A DNA stretch of 64,000 nucleotides from Sphagnum compactum (Eukaryota), in assembly GCA_965153455.1 (NCBI GenBank), contig OZ234493.1:27146213-27210212 (forward strand). Reading direction: 5' to 3'. Position numbers and translations under genes: made by a program. Numbering within the stretch: position 1 is the first letter of the stretch; the number at the start of each line of letters is the position of its first letter. Below the pieces are notes generated by a model. The model made no database searches. It saw only the letters and a program-made list of their open reading frames with translations, and was not told the DNA's origin. Of the stretch, positions 1-13,400 are shown piece after piece.

Positions 1-1168
1 CAATGTTGCACCTCTTGTTCATTATGTCTTTTTACTCAAAGAAATAGTTAAGAAACAAAAAAGGAAGGAGATAGACAAAGGTGGCCTTGCTAAAGTAAAA
101 GAAATAACCAAGAAACAAAGAACAAAGAAGGAGATAAATAGGAGGTGATACGGAGAGGTGAAGAAAATGATAGAACAAAGTAAAGACATAAAAAGGGATA
201 GATATGTTCCTACCCTAAACCATAAATTGGATCATGCCAACCAATTTTAACTTTTAAAAATTTGATAACAAAATTAGTTTATTATCAAACAAAACAAAAC
301 AAACACAAATTCCAACAGAAACCCATTTTCTTTCTTGAAAATAGAGAAGTTTTGCCCCAACAATCCAATCTCAACACTTTTTTTTATGGTTACATGTAGC
401 TAAAAAGCTATATAAAAATCAATGATTCCAAAATAATGTGATTTAAAAAAAATTCAATAGCCATAATTACTCCGAATTTAAAACCACTTTCATACTTTAA
501 TGGTTCAAGCAAGTAGCCAAAAATATAAAAGGACATATCTCAAAAACTTTAACTTACTATCATATTTAATTTGTAATCAAATTTGAGAAATTTTTATTAT
601 GTATCATCCTTCACTTGGGTTCCATCACAAATTTCACAAAGAAAACATAGTAAAACCCAACCCAACATCATTTCCCACATTAATAACATATTGCAAGACA
701 CTAATGAAACTGTTAGGTCACAATACACCAAAACTCATGATACAATCCTCAGTGCAGGTTGTTGTAGTAAAGAATCCTCAACCCTATGAATAGTTGAAGT
801 AAAGAAATCATATTTACCCAGTCCCAACCTTTTCAAGAATTTTAGTGCAAGTCCTCGTAAGCACTTGTCATCAAAACTTGAACAATCATTTTATGCTTGG
901 GCCACATAAAACGAGTGCTAGGTTTCACGGCCATAAGGTGAAGTATCTAGCCTAATCCAGAAGAGAAAGAAACGCAGCACATCTTGGTGAACAAAAACAA
1001 GGTAAATCTAACATTCAGCTTTGAGTCTCTGTATGACAAATATTGAATCAAAGGGTAAACAGAAAAACACTGAATTGAACATCTCATTCACAGTACAGAG
1101 ATATATGCTATCAGATCTGACAACACGGGAGGCTTTGGTCGTCAAACCTATCTTACAAAAAAGGGCAC

Positions 1169-1519
1169 CAGTATTGGGTAGGTAAACAGGTTAGAACCCT
1201 GATACTAGCCCTGGTATCATCAAACCAGGCCCACCTGTTATGACCTGAAGCGATACCAGCCACCTACCACTACCTGCCGTGTTAGGGACTAGGAACCTGA
1301 CACAATATCAGGCTTCATACCAAGACTGTATCAGTCTCAATACCAGGCATATATAGCCTCATACCAGTGAAAAATCGGCCTTGGACACTAATACCAGGTC
1401 CCGGCTGGTATGCAAGCTTTAAAAGCAGATCCAATACCAGGCTAGTATGAATTTTTTTTCAAAAAATCCAAGACCAGTACCAGCTGATTCACTCAAAAGC
1501 CAACACCTGCCCAACACTG
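1169..1519. mobile_element. Putative non-autonomous DNA transposon/MITE with imperfect terminal inverted repeats and internal TACCAG-motif repeats
   Basis: Left end CAGTATTGGGTAGGT (1169-1183) vs reverse complement of right end CAGTGTTGGGCAGGT (ending 1519). Interior has about ten copies of a (A)TACCAG-like motif. No convincing target-site duplication seen. Confidence 0.45.
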
Positions 1520-1802
1520 GTTTGTACCTCCTGAAGAATGAAGGAAAATAACACTGCAACTAACAAAGGGGAAGAAAACCAGACTCACTAAGCAGGCACT
1601 CCTTCCTGTCTTGGTAAAGAGAGCTTGGCACAGATGGAAAGAGGGGATATCCTTTGTTGAAGTATAAGCTGGAATCATTCAACGTGAGAATTTCACCTGT
1701 CTTTGTGCAGAACTGGGGATGGTTGAAGATGGATATCAGCATTGAAAGTAACTCTCCACAAAATCCCAAGAGACTAATAAAGTAGTGAATAATGTGGGCT
1801 TT

Positions 1803-4800
1803 CTACTCAGGTGACAAAGATCTAGTTTGTGCAACGTTGGCCCGAGGTGATGGACTGCAAAAAAGTTCAATACAAAACACATGGTCAAAATTTGATAACT
1901 TGGTAAACACAGACAAGTTAAGGTTGCTGTTCATGCTAGCACCCATTCTGCCAGAACAAACATGCATGCCCATGAGGAGAGCAAAACAGAAACACTGGCA
2001 GCTTCTTGCCCTGCACCCTTTCCATTGCCACACTATGTATACAGCATCCTGCCATTTGCCACACTCAAAGTATTCATTTAAGACTCCAAAGACCTCTTAG
2101 AAATGCAATCACAGTATGTTGTGCCACATCCGAGACTCTGCTACTGCACAGATGCAAGTTTCCTCTTGAATGCCAGCTAGAGCACCCCAGGATGTAAAAA
2201 ACAGATAGTACCTGCGTGACCAGGATTTCTCAGTTACATTGACACCAGGCCCATTCCCTACAGGAGATTGTGACCGCTTTGCACGCAAGGGGGCCTGTGT
2301 GCGAGGTCCAGCATGCCGCTCCTGCCTTTGGAATGACAGTTCATGATCATGGAATCGGGAAGGGGACTGTGAATAATGTCCAGCACGATAGCGAGGTGGT
2401 GAAATGGAAGTCCTGTCACGAGGTGTTACCTCACGTTCCAAGCGATTTCTGAACAAAAAAGCAGTCATTTGCATAAAAATTGATTTGCTCACAAAGGCAA
2501 CACCTTAATCTCCTCTGTACAAGTACCCAACTATATCAGATAATTAGGGCCTACTTGCATCTGCCCGATAAGGGCCACTGATAAGAACACCTTCGGCCTC
2601 TTCTTTTGCTTTGTTTACATAGCAAATGCCCCACCTGGCAAGTGTCAAGGTAACAGGTGCCAAATGTTGTCCAATGATATTATCCAAAACTAGAATCCAA
2701 GGTATTCTAATATAATCAACTCTCATGAGAATCGAGAAATCTCCAAGGCATTCTAATGTAACCTGATATCCTATATTTGTAGGTGAGTACCAATCCAGGC
2801 TCTATACATGCTCATTATGTTTTGGGACATAAATTGTATGTTTGGTACGTCTCACCCACCTGTAAGCTAATTGAAAGACTAGCTATAATCAACACCGAAC
2901 ATGCCAATCAGGCAGTGTGTCCATGACCTTAGAGGTGTATCATCCCCTGATGGTGAGAAAATCATAGCAAATCATCTAGTTCAAGACATCAAGAAACATG
3001 TGTTTAACAGTTGCAGCTACCCACTCACAAATTCTGCTCGAGGTCAAAAGCTAGGACTATAATTGTACCTTGGGCTGTGATGTCTTGGTGGTGGTGTGTG
3101 TGATCGCGCGTCAGCTGCAATTCACCAAGAGAAGGAACAATAAGTATGAATTTTTATAACGCAATTGATGAGTGCACTGAAAATTGTGTAGAACCACACA
3201 ACTGATGCAGACAGACAAAAAGAGGACACAATAAACAACATAGGGTCTGGACTGAAAAGCCTAATCAGGAGACACTGAAAGTGATGCTTACATCTGAACC
3301 GAAGAGCAGGGGATTGTCTTGGAGAATGCCTGTGGAAACTACCTCCCCCTGGCCCACTGTATCTGCTCCCTCTACCACCATGGTTTCCTCCATGGCTAGG
3401 GATGCTGTACAGCAGTGAATAATACATCTAACAAAGTGAACATCTATTCTTGACAAACCTAAATAAATGTACCAAAAACAATGAACTACTGGGTAAGAAA
3501 TCCTGTTCTCACATGTATTGCTGATACTTCAGGCTCACTCAGTGCATTAATGATCAGGGAAGTAAAGCATGCTTCAAAAACTGAGGGGTATACCTGGAGT
3601 GCTCCCTAACCCGCATCTCTGAAGGCTTCTTCCGGTTTTGTTCAGCAAACACAACAGTGATCTCTCTTCCACCTAGGACTTGTCTGTCCATGTTACACTG
3701 TGCATCAGCAGCATCTGCAGGGTCCATGTACTGTACAAAGCCAAAGCCACGAGACTCCCTGCAAGAGTACCATGACACTACCTCAGGAAAAAACACAAGA
3801 AAAACAGGTGACCAGTTTTCAGGTTGAGGATGATAGAGAAGGGCATGAAAATGACAGGAGGATTAATCGACTATAATTTTCCATCCTTGGCAGCTGGGTT
3901 GGAGATCATCTAAATGGCATCCTGTTGTACTCTCAGGTGCACTTACCTTTGTTCTGAATCCCCTGGCTCAGCAACTGCAATAGACAAACCTTGAGAGTCT
4001 CTATGCTACATCATCATCAAAGAATTGCTTATATTCCACTTGAACCACCACCCTTATACAAAAAACTGGACATATGTGGCTCCCACAAGCAGTCCTGACT
4101 GCTTTGAGTTCCACTGCAGTCTACCAATACCTTCACACCAATTGCTACTGTAAAGAGGGTGGACATGTAAAGGAGAAAAAGAGGAGTTCTGAGAGAGGAC
4201 CAGCTACAGAAATGCTGCAACCTAATATGATCCTCTGTGAGAGCTGTGACCTGCTTTACCGACACAGAGGCCAAGGTGATCAGCTTGTCACTGCAGATCG
4301 CTTTTGAGTACAAAGAACAGAGCCTCAGTTCGCATACCTCAACCAACTCTGGAAAAAGTATCTCTGTACATCGATTCTTCAACTTTGATACAACAATCAC
4401 ATTATCTTCAGATTCTTGCAATAAAATCTTCACTTCTTTCTTTGACTGAAGAGCCTGCCATTCCTTCAACCCCCTGGCTGTGGCCTCTCACTTGCTGTCT
4501 TCCTATGCTGAATACTTTGATTCTCTTTGGGATTTCCCATCCACCACTTCAATACATCCCAACAGATCTAACATTCTTGCAGTGAAAAATGAGCTTGGCA
4601 AAGATGAGACTCAAGATCCTGGCCACCCCACACCTTCATATGCAAGACTTCAAAAATTTGCAACCAACTTCTTCTGAGGTGCTTTAGTAAAGACTCGCCA
4701 TTTGGTGGTCAAATCTGTTTCTCTACTTCCTTTCTCGTTAAGAGCAAGGGCTTCCCCAAGTCCCTGTATCACACTTGTGCCACCCAAATGGCATCCAAAA

Positions 4801-5683
4801 TGAAGCATTCCAACAACACCCTGGCAAGCTTAAACCTTGAAAATCTCAGAGACTGAAAAAAGAAACACACAACTTCAATCCATATGAACCAATCTGCATA
4901 AAAGCTTCTGGTCTCTTTCTGGGCAGTCTCCATGCACTAAAGTTCTCAAAGCATTTACAGGCATACATCCCAGTATGTCAAACATCCCATTCTGTCTTCG
5001 ACACACTTTGGACCAAGAGCGCCACACATCATTTGTCATTAATTTATTGAGCGACAGAAAAGCAGCACTAACCCTCGATGAAACCCTTAAAAAATGAAAA
5101 GACTGACAAAGCTCTCTGTTTCTGTTAAGAGTTTCGTGCACTCTGCCGGCTACAACTGCTAAAAACCCATTCAGTCAAATGATAAGAGCATACCCACTGT
5201 GGTAGTCCTTGGGAAGATACACATCTTTTACTGGGCCATATCTCTCAAACGGTATGCGGAGATCATCAGGCCTGAAACATTCATAGCCACAAGATCAAGA
5301 CAATGACTGATTTACTTCTTTTTTAAAAATTTAACCAAAACAGAATGAAGATTGCAGCAAATGAATTACTAGCTATGTAAAGAGATAACACACACATAAA
5401 CACAAAAAACCCTAATTTGGGTGAATGGTGTATATGGCTATGCACACAGGACGAGTTGGAGTCACCTGGAAGCACGCGAGATGTTGCGGACGAGAAGACT
5501 GGTAGGCGGGCTGCTGCCACGTCGCCCGCTGTCCCTATCCCTGCCATGCTTCCGGCTGCTCCTACTCCCATCACCCCGCATCCCTTCTTCATCGTCCATA
5601 CGCCGTCCCCTCAACGACGCCGGGCTCCTGCTCCTGCTCCTCTCCCTCCTGACTGGCGGACTATAACTCCTGCTCCTTCCCAT
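1803..5683 (-). CDS. SCL: Serine/arginine-rich SC35-like (SCL subfamily) splicing factor with RRM; 7 coding exons: 5683-5466, 5271-5194, 3758-3594, ~3395-3292, 3114-3069, 2448-2212, 1854-1803
   Basis: Spliced translation MGRSRSYSPPVRR...PTSLLVRNISRASR|PDDLRIPFERYGPVKDVYLPKDYHSG|ESRGFGFVQYMDPADAADAQCNMDRQVLGGREITVVFAEQNRKKPSEMR is the plant SCL-type RRM (RNP2 LLVRN, RNP1 RGFGFVQY, FAEENRKKP-like tail), followed by RS/SP-rich exons ending RSLSPE*. All junctions are GT-AG and in phase. 3' exon boundaries are less certain than the RRM exons. Confidence 0.9.
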
Positions 5684-5850
5684 CCTCCTCACAAAAAACA
5701 AACACAAAACCAACAACAAATACTGCGTCCTCCGTATCTCTGTCTCTCTCCTCAGTATGACAAACACGCATACTTAATGCAATCCAACAGAGAAAGAAAA
5801 ACACACACGAGACGACGGCAGCAGCAGTTGCAACAGCGAAGGGCGTTCAG

Positions 5851-5917
5851 AAACCCTAGAATTGACGAAGAGAAAAAACCAGACGCTAATAGGTATAGAA
5901 GAAGGCGCCAAACCCTA
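5851..5917. promoter_or_regulatory. Two telo-box motifs (AAACCCTA) in the 5' leader/promoter of the SCL gene
   Basis: AAACCCTA at 5851-5858 and 5910-5917, about 170-230 bp upstream of the SCL ATG. Telo-boxes are known plant 5'-region elements; function here is inferred. Confidence 0.45.
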
Positions 5918-6031
5918 AAATTGGTAACCTAACTGTAGTCTCTTTTTAACCCATGTCTATAACCCTGTTCTGTATAGGTAGGCCAGAGGGTTGTAGTGTT
6001 AGAACGTAGGGGGACTTACCCACACTACCAA

Positions 6032-6622
6032 AGAGCATCTCCACCAATGTTCAGTATGTGACCCTCCAAAAATAATTCTCACATCCAAGTTTTAAATTAC
6101 TAACATTTTTTTCTAACCCCACCCACATAAAACTGAAACTGTGACTGCAAGTAGGCGAGAGACTACTAATAGCAACCCACTTGGACCAATCAAACTATCT
6201 AAGCCAATCAGAAACAGGGAGCAGTCAATCAATATGATTTGACTATGTTTACACTACCAAAGAGCATCTCCACCAATGTTCAGTATGTGACCTTGCAAAA
6301 ATAATTCTCACATCCAAGTTTCATTTACTAACAGTTTTTTTCTAACCACACCCATAAAACTGAAACTGGGACTGCAAGTAGGCAAGAGACTACTAATAGC
6401 AACCCACTTGGACCAATCAAACTATCTACCCAATCAGAAACAGGGAGCAGTCGATAAATATGATTTGACTGTGTTTATTAGACTCTTTCTAGGGCTCTGA
6501 AAGCTGTACATTTTTTCAAGCTCCCAAGAATCTTCGAGTGCATTTTAGGGGATTCAACTGATGAACCTTCTCCAAGATTTTCCAGTGCAGGGTCACATAT
6601 TGGGCATTGGTGGAGATGCTCT
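6032..6622. mobile_element. PIF/Harbinger (Tourist-like) MITE with ~34-bp TIRs and a tandemly duplicated left arm
   Basis: AGAGCATCTCCACCAATGTTCAGTATGTGACC at 6032 and again at 6261; inverted copy GGTCACATATTGGGCATTGGTGGAGATGCTCT ends at 6622. GAGCATCTCCA is a Tourist-type TIR. Units 6022-6250 and 6251-~6478 are near-identical. Confidence 0.7.
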
Positions 6623-9600
6623 AGTACTATTAGCCTGGGTCGTATGTGCCCTATTTTGGATGAAATATCTTTTCGTTCCAGTTAAATAACTACTTCGGGT
6701 TTGTAAATGTGCCTAGATTAGAACAATTCCACTTGTACCCCCCTATTTGGGCCTCTAGTTGTGTTTACATTCAACATCAGGTAGTCATGATTATAGTACA
6801 TTCGCAGGCAAGGGGAACTAGAGTAAATAACATGAAAGAAAACTAAGATTATTCACATATGTAGCATTTTGTTTGATAAGTAGTTAATGTGGCATGTTTA
6901 GATGGCTCACTAATAATCACATTAAGTTTTGTTGAAATGAATAGTGATAACCTACTTTGAAAATTTTGAAAGTTGAAGATTTTTTTTGCCACCAACAACA
7001 CAAATAAATTATCATTCTTAATCTTTAATTAAAAAGTTGTTAATATTTTTTTTGACATTGTCATGAAATTTTTTTAAGAAGCATTGTGGGAATCCATTCG
7101 CAAATACAATGTTCACATGTCTGGATGCATGATCTTCACATTTGAATGCCACACTCTTTTGCAATCTATGCACAAGTTTTGTTACAATTGCTAGTAGAAT
7201 AAAATATGAAACTAAAAAACTTAGATTCCTTAAATTCTTGAGTCCAACGAACTTACCAAAGTTTTTTTTTTCCTTTCTAAACTCACAATATTCATGTGTT
7301 GTCACCAAAAACAAGATTTTTTTTCATTTTTTAATCTAGAAATAGTACCTTGTCTAAACAAAGAAACGTTTGTCCAACTTTCGTTGCAATGTTATGATTA
7401 AATATTTCATTGTAGAAATGCTTCAAAAAATTTGTGATTGTGCTAAAGAAACATAATTATGTTATTTCATGTTGTTTTGTTTGACAAAAGCAAATCAATG
7501 GTCTAGAAGAAATGCGAGGATTCCGATAGGTCAAATGCTCATTTGGTTACTTGCTCGTCTGTTGATTACATCTTCTTTAGAATTCCAATTGGTTCAATAA
7601 TTCATGTTATATTAGTTACCAAAATTAGTGTTGTTTTCGCATGTCAGGTTCTAATAAGGTTCTTCATGTGTAACGCCAATTACAATTAAGTTAACGAACT
7701 TTAATTTGGTTCAACAATGAATTTAGAACTTGTTTAGGGAATTGATGTCAAAATGGAAATGTATTAAGAAAAACAATGCAAAAGGGTTTTGCATCATATG
7801 AATTGAAGGTTAATCATTGTGAACTTTTGAATGTTGAAAAAACACACCTTATTTTTAAACATCCATAGCATTTAAAAGGTGTTTTGAATTTAAATTTTGT
7901 AGACATATATAAATCATTAGCCTTTATAATGCGCAAATCAAATATGGAAAAAAATTGATAGGAATGGATAGATATCATCTTGTGATCATCATGTGTCAAC
8001 ATTGTGCACATTGTAAAGCTTGCAAAATGGACTTTGGGCCAAGTTTTTTTTGTCAAGTTTTGGTCCACCCAACCATGCCAAGACCTTACAATTGTGGAAA
8101 AAACATTGTTGATCCCCCACACCCATGTGATTCAACATAGCTTTGAAGGTGAGAATGGTGTCAATGTTTGGATGGTGCAAAGCTAACAACATCCAAGTGT
8201 CATTTATAAAGTTTGCGCCCCCTTCATAAAAATGCATGTTGTGCTTGTGAGTGGGCATTGCGCGTAATTTCTCTAAGCACCAAATTATTATTCTCCTAAT
8301 ATGTACTAACCTCACTAAAGAAAATATTATTGAATATTGTGGGACATGGTATGGGACAAATCATGGTCATTTCAAAACAATGTTAGTAGGTCTAACGTCA
8401 TGTCTATAATTTGATGATGGTTCTTTGAAAGATGAAGATTATGAGAAGGACTTGGGCAAGGATGTGGGTGTCAATGACATTGGTAGTCTCATGGCCATGA
8501 GTGATAATATCCCCAATGCATATGATGGTGTATAGATTTGTGAATTGAAAGGTTCATTTGCCCCCATGGAATAAACCTTATTTTGGTTATAAGATACAAT
8601 GGTGGAGATGACTTCTTAATGAAAGAGGATGGTAGTATCCAATTTTGTGACCATGCAACATCACTTATATGAGTTGTTACATCAAAGATTCACATAATTC
8701 ATGTGACATGGGTCAGTAAATCAATGAATTTTGGAATAATCTTTAATTGGGTGGATGATGGTTTGGGGAATTCAATTATTTAGTTGAAAATTTGACATGA
8801 AACTATGTTGAAACACATGGATTTTCATAGCTAGAGGATTTCTTCAAGTAAATAATGTTTTGCGATTGAATCCATGATTGGGTTTATATGTAGTATTCCA
8901 CCATTTATTATGACCAATTGTGTGTCATTACAAGTTTTCCTTTTCCATTTAAGAAATTTAATATAAATATACATAATGTAAATACCACAAGAAACTTAAT
9001 CCACAATGTTTCGTATTGAAAGTGTGTTAAAAACCCAATAAAGGCTAGGCATAACATCTTGAAGGTAATGCAACAAAACAAGAGGGTTAGCAATAATTGT
9101 ATTAATATATGTATGTAATACACAAATCAACAAAAAGGTATTACAAATATACCAAAGATCCCCAAAAAAAAATGCCCTCATAAGTATGGATTTTTTTAAA
9201 AAATTGTTTTAAAGATAATGTAAACACACCCAAGATTTTTAAAATATGAAATACCTTAGTAAATAAACATATTATGTTCATTGAATGTCTTAAAGATATT
9301 GTAGATACAAGTAAGATCCCAAAAATTGAAAAAATACCTTATTGTTTGTTAACTATTATATATATTGGTTGTCCTAAATGTATTACAACTAAACATAAAA
9401 TCCCCGAAAAAAAAACCTTTATATTGCTAGCTATTATTTTATTAATTGTTTTAAAGGTATTGTAGTTAAACTTACAATCCCCAAAAAAGTGAAACCCCAT
9501 GATGTTGCTAGTTATTGTATTTATCAACTATTTTGAAGGTGTAACAACTAAACTTAAAGTTCCAAAAAAATGAAATACCTTAATGCTTGCTTATTATTAT

Positions 9601-12600
9601 AATTATTGATTGTACTAAAGGTATTGTAGGGATATCAATAACTTTGGGTCAACACATTATATTTAATCTATCTTAAGGGCATTGAAAAAAAATAAAATTA
9701 GAACATCTGTAATAGTACCTTAATTCTAGAATTGTGTTTAAACCTAAATTGGAAGATTTTATTTGGGATTATCTTTAAGGCCTTGCACGAAAATCAATGA
9801 ATCCAAAGCATATGAATACTCTAATGAGAATATTACGGATATGCTAGGGTTGAAGATGTTTTTCACCATGAACAATAAATTTGTTTGTAACGAAAGTATT
9901 ACACAACGCATACTTGAAGGTTTAATTGACCTTGATCAAGAATTTGAATTGTAAATGCAATACCTTCATCATATCATTTTTTTCTAGATACAAAAGACAT
10001 TGCTTTCACCTTGCACATCCATTACATATGGATCTCATATATATTTTTTATAACCCTTCATGCATGGCCAATGTTTTATGTAAAGAAAAACATTAAAAAA
10101 AACCATGAGCATTTAAATGCTTATAAATAAGATTAAACAAAAAAATGTTTAAAACATTTGCTCATTCATTCATCAAAAAATTCATCATGTTCAATATAGG
10201 GGTGCCAATAACCATGGTACAAAATTTGGGCCCCAAATAAAAATCAAAATGTCCAAAAATGGAATGTTCACATGATCACAAAATGATCTATGCAAAATTC
10301 ATTGTCCCCATATTCTATAGTAAGCCTATGAACTTTCACTTTTGCTTTCATTTTCATTTCCATGAAAATTATCATTAAATGAATTCGATGATATCTCATT
10401 AATTTTTCAATAATGTTTTATAACATTTTTGTGCCTTTTGAACATGGTGATGTGCAAATAACTAGTCATTTACCAAAACCACATGCATTGCATTGGCTAC
10501 AAAGCCCTCCTTGGTGGTGCTTTAAAACATGAGGTGAAAACATACACAACAATTAATACAAAAGAACATGGATGTCAAATATTATGGAAAAAAAAATGTA
10601 GACAAGTGTTAAAACTTACCAACCATTAATCATTTTTATTGGTGTTAATTGGTGAATAGATTGATTATTTTTGCCACATTATCTTGGGGTTAAAGCATGG
10701 TTAGGGTACCCAAAATGACTGCTTCATTTTATTATCACTAGACCCCCTCACTTAAACATGTTGAAACCGTTACGACACATTCACATTGAAATTTTGATTT
10801 TATTCATAGATATATACATCACAAAAGTACTATTATATGCATAGAATGTCAAATTTGAACAAGTTCAAAAATTCCTACCAAGTCCTTGAAAAAAATTTAG
10901 GACTTTGTTTCATAAGAAAAAAAAGTTCAAAGATTCATAAGGAATGTCTAAACAACTTTTTTTGGCCCAAGATTTTTACCACAAACATCTTATGTGCTAA
11001 TGTCTATAAAATGTATGAATATGACAAGAACCAAATGCCCTATTGTAATGGATTTTTTTTAAAAAATCAAATTTTGGGCCATTGATAGAATATGGTCCAC
11101 ATTGAATATATTTTACTATTATCACTTTCATAAGTGAAAAAATAAGATAAAAACTTTAAAGGCCTATATAAAATTTGGAACAAAATCATTTCATTTAACA
11201 TGAGAAAAAAATGTGAAATATAAAACAAGTCATGGGAAAGGTGAAGAAAAAAATGAATTTGGGAATCCTTGGAATGAGTCCTTAGGGTTCAAATGTGATA
11301 CCTTAATCATGTTTGGACCCTTGTTGGAAGTGCTTTTCCAATTCCGAAATCCTAAACATTCCTAAGGGCCTTTGCATATGCGACCCTATTCCTTCAAGAA
11401 TCAATTCTATAAAATTTTCATCTTCATCCACCTTGTCTATCATATGGGGGGATGGACCCCACACCCCATGTAGGAATTCCAAGGAAAGTGAGCAAGTGAG
11501 AGGAAGCCAACTTGATTAATGTAGGTTTTGAAGTTTTTGAAAAGTGTAACACGTGATTTTGGAATAAATCCCATTCACACATGGCTTGTTTCCTTGTTCA
11601 ATGAATTGCCTTGTGTTTGTTATAACGAAACTTAGCAAGGGGGCTGCTTAAGATGCATGCATTCATTCATGTATGGTCTTTGTGCCTTGGCCTTTCATGT
11701 TGAGTAAATGAGTAATTGGACTTACTAACTTTGTGGCAAGATATGAACTCATGACTCAAATATTTCATGAGTAGGTACTTGGCTAGTATAAAAAACACTA
11801 ACTTTGCTATAAAAAAAAAAAAAAAAAACTTATAACTTTAGCCCATGCCACCTCTTCTTCAACAACCCTGGCTATCCCAATTGGCTCTAAAACAATAACC
11901 ATATATATATATATATATATATAAAAACAAGATGTACAAGGCGAAGATATTGCCATTAAGGGTGAAGGTTGAAAAAGGAAATCCCATGGGTATTACATTC
12001 ATACCATAACTTAAAACATAGGTTTATCAAAGTATTGCCAAGCCAAATATTACAAGAAGGATCCTAAAACATTGAAGTATTACAACCTAAATTAGGGCAA
12101 AAAAAAACCCCACTCACCTTCTCCATCAAATGGAGATGGTGGGTGGGGCAATTAATTATGTGCAATATTTAGTTGATCACTTGGAAGAGGGACGAAGACT
12201 ACAACATGTTGCATTTCCTCCACTTGTTCTTATATTGTAAGAAGATTTGATCCTTTGAGTGAAACAATTGTGCCCACTTGATCATCTACCATTCCAAAAA
12301 CTATTTCATTTGTTGCAATATGAATTGGTTCTTCAACCACCACCTCATCAAAAGCTTATTCAATTATTTCCATGGTTAATGGAACTTGAGATTGTTTCAA
12401 CCTTTTGCAAGGTGACATTTGCACCCCACACACACACACTTGGTCATAAAACAAAAAAAGGTAAAAACAAAACACATATACACACACGTAATTAAAACAC
12501 CAAAACTAAAGGGGCTTAAAAAATGGGGTTTATTTTGTTGCTCCAAGTTGTCTGAACTCCTTCAACTTTTTTTGTTATGTTTGTTGTAATTTTTTTATAC

Positions 12601-12859
12601 CCTTGCTTACACCCCCCAACCTAGTCACTCTTTCACCTTAAGCCAACTAGCCTCACACACACAATTTCCCCCCACAAGTTCCAAAAGAAAAAAAACACAA
12701 AAAAAGTATAAATAAATATTTAAAAAAGAAAAGAAATATGCATATGAATGGAAAAAAAAGAAAAAAAAGAAAAAAAGAAAAAATAGAAAGAAAAAAAGAT
12801 CATTTTAAAGTAGGGAAAAAAGAAAAAAATAAAAAGAAAACAAGAAAGAAATGAAAAAT

Positions 12860-13400
12860 AAAAAAAAGGAAAAACACACCTTTGGTTGGCAAAAGTTCCT
12901 CCTGTTGTTGGCAATTTATAAGCACCTCCTCTTATTGTCTCCACCTCTTGCTAGGTTGGGCTAGGATGTTCCTCAAGAAAAAGAAAAAAAAAAAAAATGA
13001 AGAAAGGAAGAAAAAAACACACCTTTGGCTACCAATGAACTTTTGTTCTTGCTAGCATCCTACAAATGCCTCCTCTTGCTACCACCACCTCTTGTCAGGC
13101 TGGGTGACATTCAATAGAATTTTTATAAAAAAAGTAAAAGAAAACTTTAAAAAAACTAAAAAAAGGAAAAAAACACGCCTTTGGTTGGTAGCAAATTCCT
13201 CCTCTTGCTAGCAACCTTCAACAAATTGTCCTTCAACAAAAAGGGAAAAAAAAAACCAAACAAAAAAAAAAAGTGAAAAAGAGAAAAAAGGAAAAAAACA
13301 CACCTTTAGTTGGTAATGAACTCCTCTTGTTGGTTGCTTGAAAGCACCTCCTTTTGCTACATTCACCTCACACACGGGGCTGGGTTGTCCTTCAGCAAAC
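12860..13400. repeat. Degenerate ~140-bp tandem repeat (4 copies) separated by A-rich tracts
   Basis: AAAAAACAC(A/G)CCTTT(G/A)G(T/C)T...CTCCTCTTG recurs near 12870, 13013, 13168 and 13294. Confidence 0.6.

Noticed and set aside
4029-4469. 146-aa minus-strand ORF inside the SCL intron
   Set aside because: No recognisable motifs; it lies in the candidate poison-exon region downstream of the premature stop, so it is not called as a gene.
7000-11520. AT-rich region with short ORFs, possibly ancient TE debris
   Set aside because: I could not identify any transposase, RT or helicase motif with confidence; needs a tBLASTx/RepeatModeler search.
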